Part shown: in pieces, positions 1 through 11,864 of the stretch
Layout: the number at the start of each line of letters is the position of its first letter
Position numbering within the stretch: position 1 is the first letter of the stretch
DNA from: Octopus bimaculoides
Taxonomy: Eukaryota
Assembly (NCBI RefSeq): GCF_001194135.2
Contig: NC_068982.1
Span: 45,490,783 to 45,554,782, forward strand
DNA: 64,000 nt
Reading direction: 5' to 3'
Position numbers and translations under genes: made by a program
Notes under the pieces: model-generated
Database searches by the model: none
The model's input: the letters and a program-made list of their open reading frames with translations, nothing else
Told to the model about the DNA's origin: nothing

Positions 1-308
1 AGTACATTGAAGGAAATGAATGAACATACCGTGTCACCCTGACGGTGTGTCGAAAAGAAAGATGAGACATCCGATAAACGAAGCAAGGAGCAGTTTGAAT
101 GAGTAGATTGAAGATACAGAGAAGATTGAATGAGAAGGATGTAAATACCAGTCGCCCCGATGGTACTTCGATAGAAATATGTGATGCTGAAGCAGCAGCA
201 AGGATGGTTGAGGAGATCAAGAAGATACCCACATTGAGACCCAAATCGAAAAATAAAATAAGATACCTGGATAAGACGAGTACATTGAAGGAAATGAATG
301 AACATACT

Positions 309-2240
309 GGTACTTATTTTATTGACCCCAGAGAATGAAAGGCAAAGTTGACCTCAGTGGAATTTGAACTCGGAATGTAAAGATGGATGAAATGCTGCTA
401 AGCATTTTGCTTCTTGTTCTAACGTTTCTGTCATCTTATTTCTTTATTGCCCACAAGGGGCTAAACATAGAGGGGACAAACAAGGACAGACAAAGGGATT
501 AAGTCGATTACATCGACGCTAGTGCATAACTGGTACTTAATTTATCGACCCCGAAAGGCAAAGTCGACCTCAGTGGAATTTGAACTCAGAATGTAATGGC
601 AGACGAAATACCGCTAACCATTTCACCCGGCGTGCTAACGTTTTTACCAGCTCGCTATCTTATTTATTACCATAATAATGGAATGTATAAGCAAAATGAA
701 GCCTTTAACTTGTCTAAGAGAGTAATAACTTCAACTAAGAACTCACTTGGATCAGAATGGTCCAGCCAGCCTTTGCTAGCATAAAAAATAGATGTAAAAA
801 TTGATAATAGTCATATCTGATTTAGATACAAAACTGACAATTTTGAGTGGAGAAAGTTAGTCAATGCTATTGACACCTGTGATTGACTGGTACTTTATTT
901 TATCAACCCTGAAAAGATGAAAGGCAAAGTTGACCCTGGTGGGATTTGAACCCAAAACATAAAGAGCCACAACAAATACCATAAAGCATCTTCCCTTTTT
1001 TAACACTCTAATGATTCTGCCACCTTACTGCCTTGCTGCTGGCAATTTTTGAGTGGTTGGGGAGTTGTTGTCACCATCTACCACAGTACATGACTAGTAC
1101 TTTATTTTATCGACCATGGAGAGATGAAAGACAAAGTTGATCTTGGAAGGATTTGAACTCAGGATGTAAGCAGTCAGGATGTAAGAAATGCTGGAAGACA
1201 TTTTGTCTGATGCTTAATAATTCTTCAAGCTTCCCAACTTTAATAATGATTTCAAATTTTGGTAATAGGTCAATAATTTCAGAGAAGGGGCAAGTTGACT
1301 ACATTGACCCTAGTGCATAGCTGGTATTTATTTTATTGACCCTGAAAGGATGAAAGGCAACGTTGACCTCAGCAGAATTTGCTGCTAAGCATTTTGCTCG
1401 GCATACTCTCTCTTTACTCTTTTACTCTTTTACTTGTTTCAGTCATTTGACTGCGGCCATGCTGGAGCACCGCCTTTAGTTGAGAAAATTGACCCCAGGA
1501 CTTATTCTTTGTAAGCCTAGTACTTATTCTATCAGTCTCTTTTGCCGAACCGCTAAGTTACGGGGACGTAAACACACCAGCATCGGTTGTCAAGCGATGG
1601 TGGGGGGACAAACACAGACACACAAACACACATACATATATATATTTATACATATATATATATACATATATACGACGGGCTTCTTTCAGTTTCCATCTAC
1701 CAAATCCACTCACAAGGCTTTGGTCGGCCTGAGGCTATAGTAGAAGACACTTGCCCAAGGTGCCACGCAGTGGGACTGAACCCAAAACCATGTGGTTGGT
1801 AAGCAAGTTACTTACCACACAGCCACTCCTGCTAACAATTCTATTAGCTTGTTGCCTTCCTGCCTTTAAAGATCCTTTCTACTAAGGGCACAAGGCCTGA
1901 AATTTTTTGGGGAAGGAGATTAGTTGATTACATTGACCCCAATGTTTTACTGGTATTTAATTTATTGACCCCGAAAGGATGAAAGGCAAAGTTGACCTCA
2001 GCAGAATTTGAACTTAGAAGATCTCTCCTTTATAATAATAATTCTTTCTGTTATATGCACAAAACCTGGAATTTTGGAGCAGGGGACTAGTTGATTACAT
2101 CAACCCCGGTGTTCAACTGGTGCATATTCTATTGATCCCAAAAGGATAAAAGCAAAGTTGACTTTGGTGATGTTTAAACTCAGAATGTAAAATCGGAATA
2201 AATGCTGTTGAAGATTTTGTCCAATGTGCTAATGAACCCT
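309..2240 (-). mobile_element. Cluster of about 7 same-orientation copies of a tRNA-derived SINE with a Nin/Deu-like central domain (called family D here)
   Basis: The core ctggtactt..ttat(c/t)gaccc.gaaaggatgaaaggcaaagt(c/t)gacct.gg.ggaatttgaactcagaa recurs near 348, 562, 925, 1135, 1360, 1990 and 2155. Its reverse complement GGTCGACTTTGCCTTTCATCCTTTCGGGGTCGATAAA resembles the Nin/Deu SINE domain, with a B-box GAGTTCAAATTCC. Confidence 0.85.
1407..1831 (-). mobile_element. tRNA-derived SINE with an internal (CA)/(TA) microsatellite (family B), full length, nested in the family D cluster
   Basis: On the minus strand it starts CAGGAGTGGCTGTGTGGTAAG...GGTTCAGTCCC (A/B-box-like), has an internal microsatellite at about 1610-1670, and ends in the tail gactgaaacaagtaaaagagtaaaagagtaaagag. 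The same body recurs more than 10 times in the window. Confidence 0.9.
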
Positions 2241-3029
2241 CTGGCTGACTGCCTTCAATGATAATAATAATAATAATAATAATAATGATAATAATAATAA
2301 TAACAACAACAAAAGCACTCAGAGAGTGCAAACCTCCGCCAGGGCAACACCAATGTCCTCTCAACAAGAGATGATTTTTAAAATGAGAATATCTGAAATA
2401 ACCTTGACTGTTCTCACAAACAAGAATACTAAAAATGAACCTGACCACTCTCAAAAATTAAGTAAAAAAAAAAAAACAAAAATAATCCAGAATCCTTGTC
2501 TGGTACTGGATGGATCCCCAAACTTAATCAATTTGTGCCAGTCATGAGGCCAAACATCCCTGGTGTATATACACACAAACACATGCACTGTCAATGTTTT
2601 TAGCCCATTTCCAGTCATATTTCTTTTGGAATACACATCCTTTGTCCTGATTGATTTTGAAAATAATGAAGAATTTAGTAAAATAACTTCATCATCGTTC
2701 AGCTGGTATTGGGCCTTTGATCAAATTGAAATTTTGATGGAAGGCTTTGATTTTGATCAATTTATATAAACCTGGAAGTTTCTATCACAAAATCCAGGAT
2801 GTTCTTAGGCCTTGATAATATCCTAAAATAGATTCTTAGTAAAATAATTCCTGGTAATGATATTTCTTCAATGTTTTTTTATGAATAGGTAGAAATTCCA
2901 ATGTGATCTATAGGTATACAAGAAGTTTTGTGCAGTCAAAAGTAGGCTAACTGTGAATAAATATTATGTTTGAGGCTGGAGTGTTAAATTAGTTAAAAGT
3001 CAGAGCATCAGTAAAATAAATTCTTTGTG

Positions 3030-3480
3030 ATGCACAGAAGAAGCTATAGAAGTAGTTGATGGCTTCTGTTACCTAGCCAATTAAATTGGCAGTGGAGATG
3101 GTGTTCTGAAAACATTGTAGTCAGAACAAGCATAAGATGGACAAAGTTCTGGAAACTATTAAATCTGCTGGCAACAGGACTCTGCCTCCGAATAGAGAAT
3201 ACATTGTACAATGCTTATATATGAACTGTAATGCTGTATGTTAGCGAGATGTGGGTACAGAATGCAGCAGAAGGGAAAAGGTTGGAGAGTGATAAAGCTA
3301 TCATGATCCAATGGATGTGTAATGTTTGTGTGCCACAATGACGAGGTACCGATGAACTGAGAGAAAACTGGATAATAGAATAATCAGACATAGTATTCAA
3401 GGGGCACAACTGCATGGGTATGGACATGCAATACATATGGATAATAACAGAAAGGCAAAGAAGTGCCAAGAGAACCATGG
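3030..3480 (+). mobile_element. Decayed RTE-clade LINE fragment (post-RT C-terminal region)
   Basis: Frameshifted translation gives IEVVDGFCYL, IRWTKFWKLL, a YxSExW motif, IMIQWMCNV and LHGYGHAI, matching the RTE pattern LEVVxxFxYLG...W.KFRELL..YGSETW..MxRWM..RLRWYGHV. Confidence 0.75.
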
Positions 3481-3504
3481 GAAAGAGACTAACAGAAGGA
3501 AATA

Positions 3505-3775
3505 ATAAATAAGTGCGCCCTTTTAAAGTCTAGCCAGGTTCATGGGCCCGGTTTCCCAGTTTCAATGACGTATGTGTTTCCCAGCTGGACGGGACGCCAG
3601 TCCATCGCAGCGTTATTTTTGCCAGCTGAGTGAACTGGAGCAACGTGAAATGAAGTGTTTTGCTCAAGAACACAACGCGTTGCCCGATCCAAGAATTGAA
3701 ACCACAATCTTATGATCGTGATGCTGACACCTTAACCACTAAGCTACGTGCCTCCACATAACAGAAGGAAAAGAC
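3505..3775 (-). mobile_element. tRNA-derived SINE (V-type head with a GCGATGGACTGGCGTCCCGTCCAG tail)
   Basis: The minus strand starts TGGAGGCACGTAGCTTAGTGGTTAAGG...GTTTCAATTC. The tail recurs at 55220-55320 (+). Confidence 0.8.
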
Positions 3776-4599
3776 TGGAAAATATGAGTAGAAATGACAA
3801 GAGTCAATCTCAGGATGCTGTGCTGCATATCTGAGACAACAAAGTTGGATAAACAAATGTAAAATGATGAAGATATGCTGGAAAACATTAATTTACAGGC
3901 AATCCATTACTGATGTACAACATTGATCTGCCAACAGTTTTTAACAGTGGGGAAGTGATTCTCCTTCAGCATTGGCTCAACATCATAACTGAGCTAACCA
4001 TATTTTTATCCAATTTCAAATTTCAATGTGGAATTTTCGTTGGGAACCAAATTGTCTAGTCAAGGGAGGCCTACAAAGACAAGAAAACTATCAATTTTTG
4101 AATTATAAAAATATAGCAGTTATAATAATTTATGAGATGGTATAATATCCTCCAGCATCATCATCAATTTTATGTTCACTTACTTTACTGACATAGTTTG
4201 ATCTGGTCAACCTGATCTAAGTCAGTTCTTATTCGAAGTTACCGCTGCTCTGCTAGACAGGTCTGAGGACCAGGTCTCACTGAAAACCTTTTATTTTTGG
4301 TATAGTTTCTATGGTTAGATACTCTTCCTAATGCTAATCACTTTACATGGTGTACTGAGTTCATTTTTTCATGGGATCATTACTAGAGAAGTTTTCATGT
4401 TTTCAGATAGACAAAAGAGTCTAGACTAAAGAATCTTGTCTCACTCATTCATTAACCATGGCTCCAGAACTGCTGTGGTTGCCTTGTACTCTCCAACATT
4501 ATTCATTATTCTCATCATTGTATGGTGCCTTTATTCATTCAAGGCATCATGACCAAGAGGAGCTGAATGAGTGATGGGAGTAGATATTGTCTTTTTATT

Positions 4600-4770
4600 A
4601 TAGAGACAAAACCTGAAATTTTGTTGGAAGGGACTAGTCGATTCCATCCACCTCAATTGATACTTATTTTATTGACTTTGAAAGGATTAAATGCTAAGTC
4701 AACCTCTGGAATTTGAGCCCAGAATGTATAACTAGTAGAAATGATGGAAAGCATTTTGTGTGGTATGTTA
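4600..4770 (-). mobile_element. Degenerate family D SINE
   Basis: Contains the core gatacttattttattgactttgaaaggattaaatgctaagtcaacctctggaatttgagcccagaa. Confidence 0.7.
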
Positions 4771-4892
4771 ATGTTTCAATTAGTGTGCTTTCTACATAAA
4801 ACAATGGTACAAAAATTGGTTGGTTATATTTTGTATCTTGTGGTAACTTCTACATTATTTGAATACATTAACACATTTCTTTTTATACATAG

Positions 4893-5400
4893 GCCCAGGT
4901 GTGGCTGTATAGTAAAAAGCTGGCTTCCCAATCACATGGGTCCAGGTTCAGTCCCACAGCATGGCACCTTGGGCAAGTGTCTTCTACTACAATCTTGGGC
5001 CAACGAAAGTCTTGTGAGTGGATTTGGTAGACAGAAACTGAAAAGAAGCCCGTAGAGCCTGGTGTTGCCATCCGGTTTCACCAGTCCTCAGTCAAATCGT
5101 CCAACCCATGCTAGCATGGAAAGCGGACGTTAAACGATGATGATGATGATGATATATATGTATATTTGTATGTATGTGTGTGTCTTTGTGCCAGTGTTTG
5201 TCCCCTCCCATCACCACTTGACAACTGGTGTTGGTGTATTTATGTCCCTGTAGCTTAACGGTTCAGCAAAAGCGACTGAGAAAGTACTAGGCTTAAAAAA
5301 ATAAAACCTGGGGTCGATTTGTTCGACTAAAACACTTCAAGGTGGTACTCCAGCATGGCTGCTGTCAAATGACTGAAACAAGTAAAAGAATAAAAGAATA
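4893..5400 (+). mobile_element. Family B SINE with an RTE 3-prime tail inserted at about 5065-5145
   Basis: Head aggcccaggtgtggctgtatagtaa...ggttcagtccc and tail gactgaaacaagtaaaagaataaaagaata. The internal piece cagtcaaatcgtccaacccatgctagcatggaaagcggacgttaaacgatgatgat matches 6735-6800. Confidence 0.8.
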
Positions 5401-6469
5401 GGCAGTGTGATGTTATTTGATCACACAAGCATATGATCACAGGCTTTCCAGCCTTGACAAATCCTCTGGCTCTCAGGCATGCTGTCTTATATCTCTGCAT
5501 TTTCTACTGCTACTAAAATGGCCTCTACACCTGTGTCCAATGTTCCAGTTTTTCCTTTCCTAAATTTCAGCCCTCTGAAATTTTATTCCTGTTCATATCT
5601 AACAGTCTCAGCAAAGCCACTGGCTTTCCTCAAGACCAGCAAATGTAAAGAAACAGAAAATTTAAATTTTGAAATGCAAAGCAAATCTCGTGTTCAAGAG
5701 GAGTTGCTTCCCCTTAAATAAGTAGTCTCCCTTTGTAGCTTCACGCTTCAATCTTTTTGACAATGCACAGGTTGCCTCCCCTTAATTCTGCAGCTTCCCT
5801 TCTTTAGCTCCACATTTAAACGTATTTTAAAAATAGGTAAGTGCGATTTGAAGCAGATTTGGCTGCTATTTCTCGAAGGTCAAGCGATCACAGAGAGGCT
5901 ATGATATATATATATATNNNNNNNNNNNNNNNNNNNNNNNNNNNNNNNNNNNNNNNNNNNNNNNNNNNNNNNNNNNNNNNNNNNNNNNNNNNNNNNNNNN
6001 NNNNNNNNNNNNNNNNNNNNNNNNNNNNNNNNNNNNNNNNNNNNNNNNNNNNNNNNNNNNNNNNNNNNNNNNNNNNNNNNNNNNNNNNNNNNNNNNNNNN
6101 NNNNNNNNNNNNNNNNNNNNNNNNNNNNNNNNNNNNNNNNNNNNNNNNNNNNNNNNNNNNNNNNNNNNNNNNNNNNNNNNNNNNNNNNNNNNNNNNNNNN
6201 NNNNNNNNNNNNNNNNNNNNNNNNNNNNNNNNNNNNNNNNNNNNNNNNNNNNNNNNNNNNNNNNNNNNNNNNNNNNNNNNNNNNNNNNNNNNNNNNNNNN
6301 NNNNNNNNNNNNNNNNNNNNNNNNNNNNNNNNNNNNNNNNNNNNNNNNNNNNNNNNNNNNNNNNNNNNNNNNNNNNNNNNNNNNNNNNNNNNNNNNNNNN
6401 NNNNNNNNNNNNNNNNNNNNAAAAATCTTGCGAAACAAATATATATATATATATATATATCGGTTAGTA

Positions 6470-6802
6470 TTTCATGTGCCAGTGACACGTAAAAAGCACC
6501 ATTCCAGCGTGGTCGTTGCTAGTGTTGCCCGACTGGCTCTCGTGCCGGTTGGTACGTAAAACGCACCATTCAAGCGTGATCGATGCCAGTACCGCCTGAC
6601 TGGCCCTCGTGCCGGTGGCATATAAAAAGCACCTACTACACTCTCGGAGTGGTTGGCGTTAGGAAGGGCATCCAGCTGTAGAAACCTTGCCAGATCAGAT
6701 TGTAGCCTGGTGCAGCCTCCTGGCTTGCCAGTTCTCAGTCAAACCGTCCAACCCATGCCAGTGTGGAAAGCGGACGTTAAACGACGGCGATGATGATGAT
6801 GA
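6470..6802 (+). mobile_element. 3-prime UTR/tail of an RTE-type LINE ending in (GAT)n
   Basis: Internal repeats ctggc(t/c)ctcgtgccggt, then gttggcgttaggaagggcatccagctgtagaaacc ... ggaaagcggacgttaaacgacggcgatgatgatgat. A second copy of the tail is at about 5065-5145. The RTE assignment is from family recognition. Confidence 0.65.
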
Positions 6803-6840
6803 AGCGCACTCTAACTCCAAAGCATTGGAACAGTAATACT

Positions 6841-7061
6841 TAGAAGGTTGTTTTTTTATGACCGGTCAAAGAGTGATCTTTGGTTTTGCACCTAAAAAGC
6901 GCTTAGCTGTATAGACAACTCGTCAGACTCGTTGACCGGAAGCACATAGGTAGGGCGGTGCTAACGGCCAACGAGTCTGACAAGTCGCCTTTACAGTTAA
7001 GCGCTTTTTAGGTGCGAAACCAATGGTCACTCACTGTCCGGCCATAACAAACAACCTTCTA
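6841..7061. mobile_element. About 220-bp foldback MITE with TA termini
   Basis: TAGAAGGTTGTTT at 6841 pairs with AAACAACCTTCTA ending at 7061. Internal arms gcacctaaaaagcgctta/taagcgctttttaggtgc and cgtcagactcgttg/caacgagtctgaca also pair. Confidence 0.85.
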
Positions 7062-7353
7062 CACACACACACACACACCACATATTGATTATGAGAGACA
7101 GAGACTGGGAGATGTGTGTGTGTGTGTGTGTCTACAGGTGAAATGAATGAATACATAGCATATTGGAGAACCGGATTAATCTTTTGTAATAACAGCTCTA
7201 TTATTGATATTGTATTGTAATTTTGTATCTGTTCACCTTCAAAAATACTGAGTACATGAAATATCTGGGAAAAGTTAGCAGCAATTGAATAACGTCATAT
7301 CCAAGGAAAAGTTTACGTCATCCACTCAATAAACAGACTCCACAGTTGATTAG

Positions 7354-7659
7354 GTGAAGGCACATGGCCTGTTAGCTAGAGTAGCGGACACGCGGTCGAG
7401 GGATCGCGGGTTCGAATTTCAGACCGGGTGATGTGTGTATTTATGAGCGAAACACCTAAGCTCCACGCGGCTCCGGCAGAAGGTAATGGCGAACTCCTGC
7501 TGACTCTTTCGCCACAACTTTATCTCACTCTTTCCTCCTGCATCTAGCAGCTCGCCTTCGACGGACCGGCGTTCCGTCAAGGTTGGGAACCTATACGCTA
7601 ATGGAACCGGGAAACCTGCCCTTATGAACCAGGCGTGGCTCGAGAAGGAGCAAACAACA
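7354..7659 (+). mobile_element. tRNA(Arg)-like-headed SINE with an alternative tail (OR1-like)
   Basis: A 13-bp target-site duplication CACAGTTGATTAG lies at 7341-7353 and 7660-7672. The head is related to the copies at 11320 and 12789, but the tail differs. Confidence 0.85.
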
Positions 7660-7820
7660 CACAGTTGATTAGACAGGCAGAGAGGCAGACAGACAGGTGA
7701 ACATTGTTCATAAGTTACAGAGATTCAACAGAAATTAAAATAAAGGAAGATAGCTGGATGGGCTGTATGTTTGTACAATTGTACGTTTGACCACACGTAT
7801 GCATGCATGCACGTACAACC

Positions 7821-8141
7821 GGCACTCCGTCGGTTACGACGACGAGGGTTCCAGTTGATCCGATCAATAGAACTGCCTGCTCGTGACATTAACGTACAAG
7901 TAGTTAAGCACTCCACAGACACGTGTACCATTAACGTAATTCTCAGGGAGATTCGGCGTGACACAGAGCGTGACAAGGCCGGCCCTTTGAAATACAGGCA
8001 CTACTAATTTTTTCCAGCTGAGCAGACTGGAGCAACGTGAAATAAAGTGTCTTGCTCAAGGACACAACGTATCGCCGGGAATTGAACTCACGACCTTACA
8101 GTCGTGAGCCAAATGCCCTAACCACTAAGCCACGCGCCTTC
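7821..8141 (-). mobile_element. SINE with a V-type head and the OR2-type tail
   Basis: The tail ggcactccgtcggttacgacgacgagggttccagttgatccgatc is shared with family A. The head gaaggcgcgtggcttagtggttaggg is on the minus strand. Confidence 0.8.
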
Positions 8142-8529
8142 CGTATGCACGTACGTATTGGACGCATGTTTGAGAGTACGTATGTTCGTACTATGTATGT
8201 ACGTGTGTAAGGAGCATTCCGTCGGTTACGTGGCTGAGCACTTCACAGACACGAGTACCCTTAACGTAATTCTTAGGGATGTTCAGCGTGACACAAAGTG
8301 TGACAAGGCCGACCCTGGTATTTACTCTATCGGCCTATTTGAGGAACCGCTTAGTTACGGAGACGTGGGCTTCTTTCTGTTTCCGTCTACCAGATTCACG
8401 CACATGGATTTGGTCAGCCCGATGCTACAGAAGATACTTGCCCTTGCCCAAGGTGCCACTCAATGGGACTGAACCCGGAACCCTGTGGTTAGGGAGCAAG
8501 CGTCTTCCCTCCACCACACAAACACATTC

Positions 8530-8850
<321 letters not shown>

Positions 8851-9976
8851 CACACACGCACACACACACACATTAATGTGTGCCTATAGGTATGAAACGT
8901 GTGTACATACGTCTGTATATACGTACGTACGGACATATATACACACAGACGTACATGCATATTTATTTACAGACGTACATATTTTGGCACAGTTAAGTAC
9001 GTAAGTATGCAAATTAGTACTTGTATACGTAAGCGCATAGGTACATACTAATGTATGTCCATACATTTGCGCATACAACTCATAAACTAGGGCCCTTTCA
9101 TTCTATGAGTCACATTCTAACCTATACCTCCCCATGAGTCACGGTCTAGCCAACTCCCCCAACCTATGGGTCACAGATAACGGTTCCCCTATGAGTACGT
9201 ATGTGCGTGCGTATCGCTATAAGTATACCAGTACGTAAATACGTGTGTACTTACGTATTCACGTATGTATGTAAGTATGTACGTACGCTTTATGTACATA
9301 TGCACATATGTATGTCCGTATAAATGAATGGACATATGTATCGTCTTACGTATGCGCGTGCCGTAAGTATGCACGTATATAAATCGACCCCAGTACGCAA
9401 CTGGTACTTAATTTATCGACCCTGAAAGAATGAAAGGCAAAGTCGACCTTGGTGGAATTTAAAATCAGAACGTAAAGACAGACGAAATACCGCTAAGCAT
9501 TTCTGACAGCTCGCCGCCTTTCAGATTCGGGTATGTCAAACTGAGACTCAACGGCTAGGATGACCCTAGATTTGTAACACAGAGTGGATAGGCCCTACAC
9601 TGATTTATAGGATGAGTTGACCTAAGACTGATTCAGTGACTAAGAGTCCTTCGACTGTGACTAGTCAGACCTATGTCTGTACAAGCATACTTAAATATGT
9701 GAGTAAATTTGCACTTACGAATTTGCGTACATATGTCCGTACATTTATGAATACTTGTGAGCAGACGTATATGCGTACAGTACATATATGCGTACAGATG
9801 TGTGTACATACGTATGTACGCACATACGTATGCACGTAAATGCATTCGTATGTGAATAAATACGTGCGTAGATGTGTGAGTACGTACGCACATAAATATG
9901 TGCGTATACGTAACCGTACGTATGTTTGTACTTGTGTGCGTACGTATGCACACAAGTATGGATGTACGTATTTTGC

Positions 9977-10357
9977 CAGGCACGTGCCGTCGCTAATTGC
10001 TCAGGGTAGGCAGTTGGTGACCTTTATGTAGTAAAACACACAAAAAATAAGCGAAACACAGGCGCACGACTGAGTTGAAGGCACATTTTCTTCTGCCTTT
10101 ATAGCACATAAAGAAAAGGTTGTTGTCTGAGTGTACGTAGCACGTGTACTGCATCATAGCTTAAATACTAATTTAAATACAAGAGCGAATTATGCCTACC
10201 TAATCTACAAAAAATATATATATATTGCATTTTTATGCATAGTAATCCGTAACCTTCATAATTTTATTGAATTTGGTTCTTATTTTGCCATAAAAGGAAA
10301 ATGTTTCTATCGATCTATTTTATTCAAGGTAGGCACTACTTAGGCGGCACGTCCCTG
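9977..10357. mobile_element. hAT-like non-autonomous element (MITE)
   Basis: The 15-bp TIR CAGGCACGTGCCGTC (9977) matches GGCGGCACGTCCCTG (ending 10357) at 13/15. Subterminal GGTAGGCA motifs are present. The flanks tattttgc/atatttgc are a possible degenerate 8-bp TSD. Confidence 0.6.
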
Positions 10358-11319
10358 ATATTTGCGTGTGTATGTGCGTACGTATGTCCATAATCAAGTA
10401 CGTACGTATTCGCTTACGTATGTGTATCCTTATACGCGTTCGAATGTCCGTACGTATTCGTATATTATGCACGTAAGAATAGGCGTACGTATGATATTAA
10501 TCTTCGTGCTTATGTATGTACGTATGCGAGGACGTATGTGCGGGCATTTTGAATACGTACGTGCATACGTACGTGCATACGTGCGTGCATACGTGCGTGC
10601 ATACATAGTCACACAACCGTACATAAGTACGGGCATACATCCGTCCATACATACATAAAAACATACATGCATAAGTACATCATACGCACGTCCATACCTA
10701 CCATCGTACATACGTCCATACGTACTTGCATAAATACATATATACATATATGCATTCGTAATTGTATATTTACGTATCTATTACATGCATACGTACGAGC
10801 ATACATATATGCATACGAACGTATATATGCACGTGTATATGTATGTGCATAGGATACAGATATACACACATATGTGCATGCATATGCACGGCTACACATA
10901 CGTATACGTATATTTGTACAAGCAAACGTGTGTCATACGTGAACAAGTACGTATATACGTAACTCATAGAGAGCCCTAGTCTATGACACATAAGCTGTGA
11001 AGGAGCTCGGCTGTGAGTGATAAATTTGGCCCCCTCCCCCCAAATTTCGGGACTTGTGCCTAGAGTAGAAAAGTAGAAAAGAATATACCCGAGTCTGAGC
11101 TACAATCGAGTGAACCTTGCAGCCTATGCGTCACAGTGTAAGGTATTTTTCCCAGCGTATGAGTCTCTATATAGCTCTCTCAACCTATGAGTCACAGTGT
11201 AGGTTCTTTCCCACCTATGGATCGCAGTCAACGTATGACAGTTCGTATCTATGTGCATATGCACGTACGTATGTACACCCGTGTATACTTACGTATACTT
11301 CTACATATTGAACTATGTA

Positions 11320-11707
11320 GTGGAGGCGCAATGGCCCAGTGGTTAGGGCAGCGGACTCGCGGTCATAGGATCGCGGTTTCGATTCCCAGACCGGCCGTTG
11401 TGAGTGTTTATTGAGCGAAAACACCTAAAAGCTCCACGAGGCTCCGGCAGGGGATGGTGGCGAACCCTGCTGTACTCTTTCACCACAAATTTCTCTCACT
11501 CTTTCTTCCTGTTTCTGTTGTGCCTGTATTTCAAAGGGCCAGCCTTGTCCCACTGTGTCACGCTGAATATCCCCGAGAACTACGTTAAGGGTACACGTGT
11601 CTGTGGAATACTCAGCCACTTGCATGTTAATTTCACCAGCAGGCTGTTCCGTTGATCGGATCAACTGGAACCCTTGACGTCGTAAGCGACGGAGTGCCAA
11701 CAACATC
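11320..11707 (+). mobile_element. Full-length tRNA(Arg)-derived SINE (family A, OR2-like)
   Basis: The head is GGAGGCGCAATGGCCCAGTGGTTAGGGCAGCGGACTCGCGG...GGTTTCGATTCCC and the end is GGAGTGCCAACAACA. The TSD ATTGAACTATGTA lies at 11307-11319 and 11708-11720. Confidence 0.93.
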
Positions 11708-11864
11708 ATTGAACTATGTATGTAGGTACGTAGTCTTGTATGTATATGCGTATATTTAGACAGATGTATGAACGTACTATACACCTACAGATGACATACA
11801 TATGCTTGTACAAATATATGTATGTGTAGCGGTTTGTACGCACGCTCGAGTGTACGTACGTATT

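Larger units (their letters stand above)
8880..11860. repeat. About 3-kb degenerate (TACG/TATG/TACA)-type low-complexity tract with nested insertions
   Basis: Dense tacgta, cgtacg and tatgta words throughout. It is interrupted by a family D SINE (about 9385-9520), a hAT-like MITE, cctatgagtcac blocks and a family A SINE. Confidence 0.75.

Noticed and set aside
1480-1802. Recurrent peptides such as YDGLLSVSVYQIHSQGFGRPEAIVEDTCPRCHAVGL as a gene family
   Set aside because: They are the antisense translation of the family B SINE, repeated at many loci.
11320-11395. tRNA-Arg gene (and similar tRNA-like heads at 7354, 12789, 18736, 21609 and 52617)
   Set aside because: These are SINE heads followed by repeat bodies, several with TSDs, and they lack a proper acceptor stem and terminator.
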